Source: Octopus sinensis
Lineage: Eukaryota
Assembly: GCF_006345805.1 (NCBI RefSeq)
Contig: NC_042999.1
Location: 173,662,001 to 173,726,000 of the forward strand
Length of the DNA stretch: 64,000 bases
Reading direction: 5' to 3'
Positions 51,301-63,517 of the stretch are shown here, one piece after another. The position numbers were made by a program, and so were the translations under genes. The notes under the pieces are model-generated. The model was not told where the DNA came from and did not search any database. It saw nothing but the letters and a program-made list of their open reading frames with translations. Position 1 is the stretch's first letter. Each line of letters opens with the position of its first letter.

Positions 51301-53371
51301 ATTACATTTGGCAGCAAAGAATAGAAGATAGGCTCTGAACAGTGTCAAGTTGCTATGTATACCATACAAATTATAACATTTTCTTCATTATCACAATTGT
51401 ATGCCTAGGTTTATTATTCTCATTTCAGAGGAAGTTGTACGCCTATTATTTACTGAATGCCTCCTCACGTATTATATATTATCCTGGACCTAATGATCAC
51501 ATTGTTATCTTAATAAATTGACATATATATATTATACACACACTCAATACATAACTATCAATGACATCAATCCTTCTGGCTTAGAAAGTCTCACTAAGCT
51601 ACACTTCATTTAAGGTCAACAATTTCTACTCCTGTACAATTGTTTTAATCATTCTGTTCGTATGGCAAAATATTTACTCTAATCAAACTGACTTGTAGTA
51701 GATTGTTTCAAGATATCATTACCATCATCACCATCATCATTATTAACACCCTTCCTAGTTATAGACTAGCCCTGGCAATATTATCTAATAATAGTTTACT
51801 TTCAGTTAAACATTATAAGATGAAAAGAAAACATTTTTTTTCTTAGAAAATATGGTGACTTAATGAAAGCGAGGTATTTGAATTGCCTCGATACATTGTT
51901 CGAAAATCGTGTAGCTTTCATAATTTAACACACTGGATACACATCCTTTACAAAGAAGTTGTGAACGTAACACCGAAACAATGTAAATACTTTTTTGTTA
52001 CTTAACATTCCTTTAAGAAAGTTTCTTTGCCAATTTATGGAATTCTTGGCATGGAATAAAGTTACGGATTGTGTAGAGAGTATCAAATCTAATTTACCGC
52101 AGTATATTACAGGCATTTATTTTAATGATTCCCAGATTCAACCTCAGCAGGATTTAAATCAGAAATTGAGAGTAACCTTACCAAATACTGTAATATATTC
52201 CGTCACACACGGGTCAAAGAAAATGTAGTTCCGCCTTAATTTCAACAGTTTTAACCTGGCTGGATTTGAACTTAAAGCCAGACATTCCTATAACAGATTT
52301 AGTAGAACCTTCAGTTCAAATCTCTGGAAAATTTTGTTCAATACAAAACTGCATTCTTTTACAATCTTACGAAAGAGGATAAAATAGAATTTATATTCCT
52401 TATGCTTCTCGCATAAGCTCGGTTCCAAGTTCGACAATCACTTCAGGTTCATGCATTAAAGTCGCTGATGATAAGCAGCTCATTGATTATTGGTATAGTA
52501 TCTTGGTGTTTATCTAGTAAATCATAGGCATATACACTCGTTATTATTCAGTTCACTTGTCATCGTAGGATTATAAACATTATAGAGTTGCGCTTCCATT
52601 TCAAATTAGGGTTATTTGAAGCTTCATTAGCCTATTGGGTATAGCAACGGGAAGTAAAACTACTTAGTAGCAAGTGGGTGGGTCAAAGATCAGGCTAACA
52701 CTAATTTCACTCTGCGCACTATTCTCCTTTTTTTTTATCTCCCCTCTTCATTTGTTATAATGTCTGCATAACAGTGAATCAGTTTCATATCGACAATTGT
52801 AAGTCTTCGTTTGGGCCTTTCAGAACCCGTTACATTCTATAAGTAAATAATCAATTCTATGCGTTTCTTATTTTCTTTATTTTGAATACATAAACAAATA
52901 CCCTAGATGGAATTGGAGGTGGGTTATCTCACCTGTCCATGACTTCCAGGTGTTTTAACACCCAGCACTTTAAGACTGTATTTCCCACCATCCGGGTTCG
53001 TAGCCTACCGACAAGTACATTGCTGCTTTACATTAGACGTACGTTGTTGATAATGTTTATTACACTAGCGCTGCTTGTATTTCATATTTTGATTTATTCT
53101 TACGTACGCATTGTTTGGGCACACATCCCCCCTAATTTTGCACGATATATGCATATAAGTCTTTGATTGGCGATATGATTCATGTGAGATCCTGTTCGGG
53201 TACGTGATGTTGATAAACCACAAACATGGCGAAACATCGATTTCCATTACTTTACATATTATATCTTTAGTGTTCATGACTTTCAGGTATTTTAATACCC
53301 GTGCTTTTAGAGATTATTTTCCACCATACCAAAATGTAGCGTACCGGCATATACTCCTACCTGTTCATTAA

Positions 53372-53453
<82 letters not shown>

Positions 53454-54640
53454 GGAGTAGACACATAAATGTGAAACAAGGTGGAAAAAAGAGTACTCAA
53501 ATACCAGTGGTGAGTAATATGCTTTATTTAAAGCAGCAGAAAATTCAACAAAACCTGTTACTCTGAGTTTCACGTTTCCGTTCGTCGGACAGTTTTTGCT
53601 AGAATAGAACCGATATCGGCCTTCCAATGTTAGCATAAATTTAAACATTCAGCCAAGGCTTAACATCCGTTTTGTATGAAAACACACCTGTATCCCACCA
53701 TAACATTTATCTAGAACTATTTCACCTTCATTGGTCATGCTCTCATTTATATCATATCAAGATAGCTAAGATAAGAAAACGCCCGTCTGTGTAACATTCA
53801 AACCCTTACGGATAAACCTACGTGGATAAAACTCTACAAATATCTCTTTACTCGAATAGGATATGGTGCTCAAATTATGATTGGAATATAAATCATGATT
53901 AAATGCATTCTCCTGCTTGTGATATTAAGGTAATGATGGTTTGGGCCATTTCTGGCCGAATCTTATCTAAATAAGTATCTCAATATATATTTAGAAGAAA
54001 GTGTACTCATCAGAAAATATCACTTATTTCTTCCTACGTGCGATCATTCAATTTGTAGAAATATGAATATGAAACTCGCTAAAGTAATACCTAAATACAC
54101 ACATATGCACACACACACACATACATATATGTGTGTGTACATGCGTGTGCAGGCGGTTGTGTGTGCATTTCCGTGCGATGTGTGTGTGTGATGTATAATA
54201 CACAACACATGAATGTTATGTCTTAGGTCAAAGAGTTTACGTTTTTTATTACGTGTTCATACATATACATGTGATTAAATGCAATAATTAGCTCTTAATG
54301 TGGAATGTAATAATTATTGTGCGCTGATGAATTCGAGATTAATATAGGCATTAATTAAGAAAGGGAAGGATATAGAAATAATTTGTGGAATTTGTTTGAT
54401 CAAATATATGTAATATTAGCAACTGGAAATAAATATAATTTAATGGTTTTGTATTATAGAATAACAAACTGGATACAAGGAATGTAAATAGGCTTGTTTT
54501 CGCTATTAAAAATGCTCAGTTTGGAAAGATGCAGTTCTTGCGTTCGGTGCTAGTGTGTTGGGTCATCGGAATGCATATTTCAAGATACCGATCTATTGAC
54601 CAATAATTTGCAAGTAGATGTGACAAACAAATACTCTGCT

Positions 54641-54684
<44 letters not shown>

Positions 54685-54768
54685 GGTGAAATTAATTAAT
54701 TTGGAATAATCATTAATTTCACCAAGTAGATTTCGGCATGTAAAAGCCCCATTCAAGGAAGGTTTCAG

Positions 54769-55012
54769 TAATACTAAGTAATTAAGGGTTTAGCAACGAT
54801 TTACCTCACCACACACCGAATTTAGAAATAGCAGTCAAAGAGTTATGGCTATTCTTTCTACCTAAAAGGGAGATCCCAGTAAAACCACAGCACTTACAAG
54901 GCAAACAACGCAGGCAGAAAGGTAGAAAGAATAGCCATAACTCTTTGACTGCTATTTCTAAATTCGGTGTGTGGTGAGGCAAATCGTTGCTAAGCCCTTA
55001 ATTACTTAGTAT

Positions 55013-55014
<2 letters not shown>
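54769..55014. repeat. Near-perfect hairpin: 95-bp arms, 2 differences, 56-bp loop
   Basis: 54769-54863 compared base by base with the reverse complement of 54920-55014. Confidence 0.97.
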
Positions 55015-55092
<78 letters not shown>

Positions 55093-55099
55093 TATATGA

Positions 55100-55553
55100 C
55101 TAGCTATTTTGACCCGTATCTCGCTCGGGTTTTGGTGTTGTTGTTGTTTTGTGCGTGTTGTCTCCTCATCTCTTTCTTCTTTTGTTCGTCTTGTATATGA
55201 TTTTATTGCCCTCTTCTTTCCAAAATCCCCCAAATTGTTACACCCACGATTAAAGATAACCGCCTCTAGACCCTGCAGCAATACCAAAAGCTACCATTAT
55301 TGAAACAGCGCAACCTGTCTATCCCATAAAACTCAATTTTTCCCATATTCCTCACCATGGCAACCAAACGGTAGCCCCGAGCGACTTGCAACCCTCCTCA
55401 CATTATTGCCCACCCCATTTTACCCCCCACCCAGTGTAAATTTGGGCACCAATCCGACCCCATCTACCGCCCCTTAAACCGTTTCATCCCAAAATGAGAC
55501 AAATAACCAAGAAATCAAGCAACTTTTTCGCATTTCAGCTTTATAGATATTGA
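55100..55553 (-). mobile_element. 454-bp non-autonomous Helitron
   Basis: Minus strand starts A|TCAATATCTATAAAG and ends CCCG-AGCGAGATA-CGGG-TCAAAATAG-CTAG|T: 5' TC, 3' hairpin plus CTAG, AT target. Confidence 0.75.
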
Positions 55554-55648
55554 TGAAGAAATTATAAATAAAACAATTTAACGTCATACTACAGCATTGC
55601 TCAACACGTTTGAGCAAAGTTCATATTTATTAAGCACTAGCAGCATAG

Positions 55649-55664
55649 CCCGGCGTTGCCCGGG
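55649..55664 (-). terminator. Helitron 3' subterminal GC-rich hairpin (rolling-circle termination signal)
   Basis: CCCGG/CCGGG 5-bp stem with 6-nt loop, 8 nt upstream of the terminal CTAG. Confidence 0.88.
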
Positions 55665-55758
55665 TATGTAAGAGCCCCTAGTAGGCAACGACTAATCCCA
55701 ATGTAGTCCTTTCCCTCCAGGGAACGAAGGTGCATGTGGACGTTGCAATGTCTTGTCT

Positions 55759-58700
55759 TCACTGGAATACTTCTGTATATACGATGTTCCTAGCTGTCCG
55801 TTTGGGCGAAAACATGAAAACATCATTGCGCCTCCCAACGCGTGAACAGCCCACGTAGAGTTGACCGTGGGCGAAGCACTGTTCGCCCAAATGTAACCCA
55901 GCGACTTGTAGCGTTTGGCCTTGGGGTTTATTGATGGACATTGCGAAGCAGAGTTTAACAGGAAACTGAGAACGCCTGAAGTGGATTGGTAGGTCACCCC
56001 GACGGTTGAAGGTGCATCCGTGAATGAGACGTCCTCTTCCTTCCCACAACCGGTAAGTATTGTGGCCGTTATTAAATGTGGTGCCAAATGTTTCACACCA
56101 AACGTGTGCCGTTGCACTGTTTAGGTGGAACCAATTCCTGATGAGCATAATGGGCGCACCGACTTTTAACTTCAGGATGTGTGGTGGCAGGCCTGGCGGT
56201 TCAAGTGAATTCGGAATTCAACAGATAATCGCAAGCTGGGCGGGGTCTGCTGTCCTATCTATAGATTTGTAGACGTGGACATCACCAGGAATAGCTTCAG
56301 TAGCTGGATATTGATGGAGTTGACGGTTGTATTTTTGGTTGCGAGAATAGCTCTGCCTGCCAGCCATTTTAGGTCGCGTAAATTGTTTTGTAGGTCGTGG
56401 AAGACAGCGTCCCGGAGGCTAGCAGGGGTGTCGACAATGGTGCAAAGTGAGTCCAATTGAACGTAGCCATCCGCATCAGACAGCATCCTATTTTCACCGA
56501 GCAATAAGAGGTCCCTGGAGAATGCAGCGGATCCGCTGTCACCAATTAACTGCGCGCGCATGTTAGTTTGGAGGTGCAAGGGCCGCACATGTGCCAAAGA
56601 GCTGACGACTTAAGGCACGCGCGCACGGCATCGGCACGGGTTCCTTTTGGAATAACAGGTAGAGTCTGCCTGAAGTCTCCTGAAAGAAGTAAAGTTAATC
56701 CTCCCATGGGGGCCGTAGAGTCTTGCAGGGACCTGTCCAGTGCCTCAAGGGCGCCTTTGTGTGCCATAGTGCACTCGTCCCATACGATGAGTTTGCATCT
56801 GCGCAGAATGTCGGCCTGTTCTGAGTTCTTGGCGATGTTGCAGATAGGTGACTCGGACTTTGCCAGATCGAGCGGGAGTCTGAAGGCAGAGTGGGCGGTT
56901 CTGCCACCCGAAGCAACGTGGCCGCGATACCAGAGAAGCTACAGCCAGGGCAATGTCCGTGTTGCGTCTGACCTCTGCCAGAATTAGTTTAGTGACGAAG
57001 GTTTTGCCAGTGCCGCCGGGTGCATCAAGGAAGAAAATCCCCCCACGTTGCTGTCTGACAGAGTCTACGATGGTGTTGTAGGCTATGCGCTGGTCTGGAA
57101 GCAGCCGTGGTTCATTATCTTGGACGTACTGGTGCAGTTCCTCAATGCAGTAGGAAGTTTCGCGTAACAATTCAGCAGACATAACATTGGCGTGTTCACG
57201 TGTGGGTGGTGGAAGGCCGTACTCTGTTAAAGCAGACCCACCCATATCGATGACAGCGTCTTCGAGTTGAATGAGCGCAAAATTGTAAATGAAGTTGGTG
57301 AACGTGATCTCGGCGGAAGGGCATTGTTGCTGAGCCGTACGTAAGAAGTCGTGCGACATGTCATCCCTGTATTTCATCCAGAGACTTAGTGGATCACTAA
57401 GCTGACATTTTGAAGAAGGATTGCGAAAAGATGTCGTAGGGCCGAATGCGTTTGCAGTAAAGCACCCTCTGCCATCGTGGCGTCCCACTGGGAGTCATCC
57501 TCTAGAAGGCCAAGTCTCATACATGCTTCCCTGAAGTGTCGCACAGAACCCCATTGACGGTACGTATATTGGCGAAACCTGTTGGACCAGTGACCTCATG
57601 TAGAAGGAGACGGAGGTAGAAGCATTCTTGCTGGTTTGGCGGGATGTTGTAAACTCGACCCAGGCAGGAGTCAAACTTGACGCCTGGGAAGCTTTCGACG
57701 TTTTTTGCCGGATTTCCGTCGAACCCAGGTGTTTTTAAGACCACACGAAGTACGATGGGACCTGTGGGTAACAAAGCGTTCGAGCGAAGTCATCACGTTG
57801 GCATAATTTGAAGAAACCAGTCAACATTGTGTCTTTAGGGCTGGTGGCTATCTGCACAGCACTTTGCTCTGTGAAGTAAATCTGCTGTCCATTTTCCAGT
57901 GTACAGCAAGCTGCACCACAGCCGGGTGTCTCCGATGGAGCGGGAAGCCGTAAATGCGCCAAAACGCTTCGTTTTGCTGCTGAGGTACGGCCAGCCAAGT
58001 AGTTGGACACTTCGTCGCGACTGGTGGTCCTCTGGATGCTGAACATGGCAGCATCGCTGCCTTTGTTGATATATTTGCAGACATATTGTATTGACCTGAT
58101 GGAGCTGCAGAACTCAACGTTGACGTGGGCTTTGAATATCTTCGACAGGAGAGGACAGTAGGGGACAATGTAGCTGTTGTCCACTTGATGTCGCCCAACC
58201 GTAATCGTGCGGCCTCCATTGGCTGGACTCCTTCGTTTGTACAGCGGATACCCATCGCCGCCTGTTTGAGTCTCCAAAGTGAACCGTTTAGGGAATCCTT
58301 TGAGCAGGCTAATCCGTTTTTGTAGCATGGTGTGTTGGCGTAATTTGGTCCACAGGGCCCGTGTACCATGGTAGTGCGGACAATTTCGTAGAGTCCGGGG
58401 TCCTCATCGGGGTCAGGAATCTCGGCGGAAATGAATTTGTCAATGTCATTAGTCTCGATTTTATGAGTGAGCCAAATTAAGATGTGAGCATGTGGCAAGC
58501 CCCTCTTTTGCCACTCGACCGAAAACATGTGGCACCTGACATGCCCGAAAATCTGACTCTTAACTATCAAATCCTTCATTTTGCCCAAATTCAGACGGAA
58601 AACCCTAGCAACGATGTCGTGTCGATGGGTGTTGAGATTGACCCGGGAGGAGTTCGCGAGTGATTTCGTCGCAGCTGGGATTGCACGTGTAGGTGATAAA

Positions 58701-60607
58701 GAGGTCCGCCGGCCGTAAATGCGCACGTAGGTCAAGGCGTCTTGGGTCCTTTCACGCATATATCGCGGTCCTCCCGTGAAGGTGGAGGGTAGAATGCATG
58801 GCTTGCCGATGTTGCGAGGGTCATTTTCTTGTTGCAAACCGTCACGGAGATGAATGTAGGAGTCGGAGCGAAGTTTGGTCTGATTAAGTTTAATGTATAG
58901 CAGCCTTTCCGATTCCATTTTTGCGGCCATATCGACGGCGAACTGGTTGAATAGCTGACGACAACGAGGCAATAAGTTGAACTCACCCTCCCTGACCATG
59001 AACCGGTATGAGTAGAACGCCCTGCAGGAAACCGTCTTTGATGCCGCAGTAGTTTGATTGGAGGGCTGCCGTAAAGGAATTCCGAAGTGGTGCCGTCTTC
59101 CCCATAAGGGAAAAGCAATGGATAGTGAAGCGCGTCATAAGATCTGTGAGTCTCGCTGATCCTGTGTAGGTTTTTACCACGGGAGGAGATGATTATGTCA
59201 CGGCTGTTGTGTTGCTCTCCGTGTATAACTGCGGCAATTTCGTTGCACGCAGGTGCGTTGAAACGGCGTTCGTGCTCCCCGTGGGGTCGTTTATCAGCAT
59301 CAATGACAACGGTGAAGTTTGGAGATGGAGAGCACTGTCCAAGGCATATCTGAAGCTGCAGACGTAGCTGTTGATATCATGAAGCATGGTTTGGAGACGG
59401 AGAAGAATGTCTTTGCGGGGAACATAGCTTGTACCCGGTATTATTCCAAGGCGTGCATCAACCTGGTGGTTGTAGTCGGCAATGAAGTATATTTGGAGGA
59501 AAGAAGACTGCTGAATCTCGTCTGGCAGAAGTGACCCAATAAGATGGTAGACCTGTCCCTGCACTTTGAAAGTAGGCATCCAGCCTTCTCTGGGAGGAAT
59601 TTTGGCCCCAAAGAGGTCATTTGGAATGAGCAGTTGTACTTTCGAATTATTTCAAGGAATTATGACGAATCGGGGGTTAAACCCGCCGCGAGATCCTTCA
59701 GTGGTTGAGGTGGTTCCCGTAGGGGTGGCAGGTCCACTTTGCCACCAGAGCAGCACAAACCAGGTGGCTCTCCGGCCATTTCTTGGCTTTGCAAAACTGG
59801 CATACAATTGTCATTGACCCTATCTTGATGTCGTCACGCAAGGAGAAGTTAATTGTGGCGTCGTAGTTGAATGCTAGTGACAACCAGAAAGCGGGGGCAG
59901 GGGTACGTACACCACGAATGATATCCCGACGTTTGTTGATACTCTCAAGTCGAGTGCACCGTGCCTCAGCAGATTCAGATGCACGTGCGACAGCGGTAGC
60001 AGTGGCATCCCTTGAAAGCCTTTCAGCTCTCGCCTCAGCACCCTCTGAAGCCCTAGCAGAAGCAGTGTTAATGGCATGTCTGGATGTCCGAATAGTCCGT
60101 TGGTGTGGAGTTTCGGCAGATCGAGCCCTGGCTGTGTTTGCGCGTTAGCAGCTTGGCGAGCTCTCCTCTGTTGAGGTTTTCGGCAGCTTTGGCCATGGCT
60201 TTGTTTGCGGCGTCAGCATCTTGGCGAGTTCTCCTCTGCTGTGAGGTTTCGACAGATCGTGTCCTGGCAGTGCTAGTGGCGTTAGCCGCATTCCGAATGG
60301 CCCTTTGTTCGGGGTTCTCGCGAGCTCTGCGGATGGAAGCACAGTAAGAGCCCGCATGTTTTGGCTGGACTGTTGCTCTTTCGTCAACCTCGAGCGGAGG
60401 GAAGATCTGTACGCTGCGACCCTTGCAAGTCGGGTAGAACGGTCGCTAGTAGTTTCAGATGCCTGAGCAGCGGCATAACGGGAAGCTGTTTGCGAGAGGC
60501 GCAAGGCGGTTTCCTCCTCGTGGGTCTCCGCGTGCCCTTCTAGCCCTGGCAGCCGATGCCTTGGCCGTCCGAGGGCTGAGGAGGGTCCTTCTCTTCTTGG
60601 GTGGCAT
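55759..60607 (-). pseudogene. Helitron RepHel transposase (STPR-like repeats, Zn finger, HUH Rep, PIF1 helicase), frameshifted as written
   Basis: In order: MPPKKRR start, 23-aa repeats, CQFCKAKKW, FKVQGQVYHLIG, SVEWQKRGLPHAHIL (HUH), MVHGPCG, YVCKYINKG (Y2), LDAPGGTGKTF (Walker A), IVWDECTMAH (Walker B), GDFRQTLPV, QFPVKLCFAMSINKPQGQT, HGQLYVGCSRV. Stop at 55759-55761. Confidence 0.95.
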
Positions 60608-60729
60608 TTTGGTGGATAGCAATGTGTTTGGCAAAGGTGTAATAAAAAGGAACACGTGGGGTAAGTATTTTGGTGGATAGCAATGTGTTTGGTAAAGGTG
60701 TAATAAAAAGGAGCTCGTGGGGTAAGTAT
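60606..60729. repeat. 61-bp tandem duplication abutting the RepHel start codon
   Basis: ATTTTGGTGGATAGCAATGTG...GGGGTAAGT at 60606-60666 and 60667-60727, 3 mismatches. Confidence 0.93.
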
Positions 60730-61972
60730 CCGAAAACGTATAAAAATGTACAAAAACGGCCAAAAAGCTGGCAGCAATGTGAGTGACAACAACGAAAAAG
60801 TCAAAAGTGATCAAACTGAACAAACGAAAGGAAAAGTTTTTTTGATGCACACGACAAAAGTGGTTTATAATAAACCAAGAGTTTGCAAGTAGCGTCCGAG
60901 GACCGTTAGGGTACGTCAAAAATTGAAGGTAAAACGTTTGGGGTGGTAGTTATAAAGAAAGTTTAAACCAAAAAAGTATTCGAATAACTTGCGGCTGCAG
61001 CAGCTATTAGCAGAAGTGGCGGTGTTGGGGGTAAAGTCTCGAATGTAATTTCTTCCTGGTAGGAATTGGTTGGATCGAATTATCGATAGCTAAAAAGGTC
61101 AAGTTGCGTCCCCTAGACAGTCTGGTTTGTGTTTAATACACAAATTGTTTGCTATGTGTGCCACATATGATTAAATTAACCGATTTTTTCCAATAATGTA
61201 TCCTATTGGAATAAAAAGAGCTATATAGCTCCTTGGAGCAGACATGATGCTCGTTGTTAAAAAAAAAGATTCCTGCCAATTTGTGAAAGATATTGTCGAA
61301 AATATGTCATCTTGAATTTGAACGCGATTTCCCAAATGGCATGATTTTATCGATTTTTTCTGATGGTAAGGTATTGCATGGAAAACTAACGTCAGAATTG
61401 AGTTTCTTAGGGTAACATTAAGCTTCACCATGAGTTTGGTGAAAATCTTGCAAGTTGTGAAAACTACCATAGATAATGCGTTGCATAAAAAAAGCTTAGA
61501 TTCTCGAGTTGCGTCCCCTAGACAGTCTGTGGTTCATGTTTATGATTCTCGACCCCATGTCGAATTTATCAATTTTTTTCAGAACTGGGGGAACTTTTCA
61601 AAATTTTCGCTGCGTTAGTTTTGAATTATGACATTGGGCTATGTGTGTGTCAAGTTTCATCAGAATCGGTTGAAAGCCGTGGTCAGGGTGAGGGTACGAG
61701 AAAACAGACACACAGAAGCACGCACAGACAAACTGCCGTTTATATATAGAGAGATTAACCAGGAAGAAGGTGAAAGAGATCGAATTTTCGACTTCGTCGC
61801 CTTTCTCAGATATTGTTTGGGTCGATTTGATATAGAAAGTGAGCTAATGTGCGGCAGGAACATTTGATCACTATAAACAAATCATTTGTGCAGGTCATTC
61901 GGAAAAAAAAAAAAAACTTAACACACATACGTCGTTTTCGCCGGGAGAAACCATCCTATATATGCATGTATG

Positions 61973-62016
<44 letters not shown>

Positions 62017-62029
62017 GTGTGTGTGTGTG

Positions 62030-62400
62030 TCAGGCGATGAAAACTTCTCAGTATCTTTAACATTGTTGGTGTCTTCACGCAATCCTCAAGCTAGCGCCAT
62101 CATCTCAAGCACAAGATCCCCAAAATCTTCCGTGCCATTCCATGCATATCCGGTTTTACATCAGAGTGGTCTACTACTAAAGACAAGCTTTGGCAAAACG
62201 TAAGGGGCGCCTCACTCGCAGTAGTCTCACTCGCAATTGCTATTGCTACATGTTCCTTGTTCTTTGTTCACACTGTTCATTGTTTCTGGTCCTACTGAGT
62301 TTCTAGTTACCCTTCTCACAACGAGACTTTTGTGAAGGCGCCGGTTTAGTCGCCGGCAACCCGACCACGCAAACTGTTCACTGCTTTCCATGTTACCAAT
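62030..62400 (-). mobile_element. Probable 5' fragment of an RTE-type LINE (UTR plus start of APE)
   Basis: GTTTAGTCGCCG.C.ACCCGACCA motif shared with about 43580-43605. Decayed AWN...PTMLKILRSFHRL resembles the APE N-terminus. Confidence 0.4.
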
Positions 62401-63517
62401 AGTAATCAAAAGAGGTCTCACAAATGACCTAACACACGTGTGTGTGTGTGGTGTGTGTGTGTATCCTTTTCGAGTTCCTTTCTTCTTGACTTTGTTTCTC
62501 CCGTCTATCCATCTTATTATTTTCCTCGTTTCTGGCCCGTATTTTCTTAACCCTTTTCTTCCATCATTTAGTTTTATTTTCATACATATATCCTATTCGT
62601 TTCTTTATTTATCTGTTTTCATCCCTTTCTTATCATGAAGACACTGAGTTCCCAGGCAAAGATTTATACTTATATACACTAGCCAATACCCGTTAAGTCT
62701 ATCTTGGTCTTGTTCGTTGCTATTGTCTTTGTGCTCTGTGCGTGTGCGCGTGTGTGCGTGTGTGTGTGTGTGTGACAGAGAGCGAGAGAGAGAGAGAGTG
62801 TGTAATTATATATGTATGTACTGAAACTTACATATGCATGTATATTATATACAAACATATGCGTATGTGTGAGTGTGTTTGTGTGTGTCTGTGTATGTTA
62901 ATTGTACAAACATTCTATACATTTTGAAGCTCTTCAAATAATGTCCGTGATTTTCAAAATCTTACAAAACATCTTTGGAATACCAACCACGTTAACGTAT
63001 CCTACTATGGGTTTTAGCCACAGATTAACGCGGTAGAAACCAGTCGATATCCAAAGAAAAATCCTGGAACGATGCAAATGATATAGAATTAATAGACTTT
63101 CAACGTTTTTTAAATCAATATCCTGATACAGCCTAGTTAATTTTCTTCTCCGACCAGACTATTGTGACATAAACACATTTTCAATGACATGATAGTTAAA
63201 ATCATTTCAGAAAAATTTCAACATACAATTGCGATAATACATATACCCAAATATGAGTGTGTATGTGTGTGTGTGTGTATAAGAAGACTAGTATAGACAA
63301 TGACTTCTGAATTTCGGTCAGATAAGTTTTGGTGATCTTCGTGTACATTTTGGTGTTAACTACTGATACCGTTCTAATATATATATATATATATTTATTC
63401 ATGTTTCTAATTATATTTTTTATAAATCGGAGAGTTATAGAGTAAATCACGTACTGGGTATTAAATTAGCACTTATTATACATACATACATACATACATA
63501 CATACATACATACATAC

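Larger units (their letters stand above)
55637..61754 (-). mobile_element. Full-length autonomous-type Helitron (6118 bp)
   Basis: 5' A|TCTCTCTATATATAAA at 61754. 3' CCCGG-GCAACG-CCGGG hairpin, 8 nt, CTAG|T at 55637. Encloses a complete RepHel coding region. Confidence 0.95.

Noticed and set aside
52950-53280. Possible LINE RT relic on the minus strand (KIRGDVCP resembling G.RQG..LSP)
   Set aside because: Too degenerate to support.
56060-60680. Plus-strand ORFs inside the Helitron
   Set aside because: Antisense shadows of the GC-rich RepHel coding strand.
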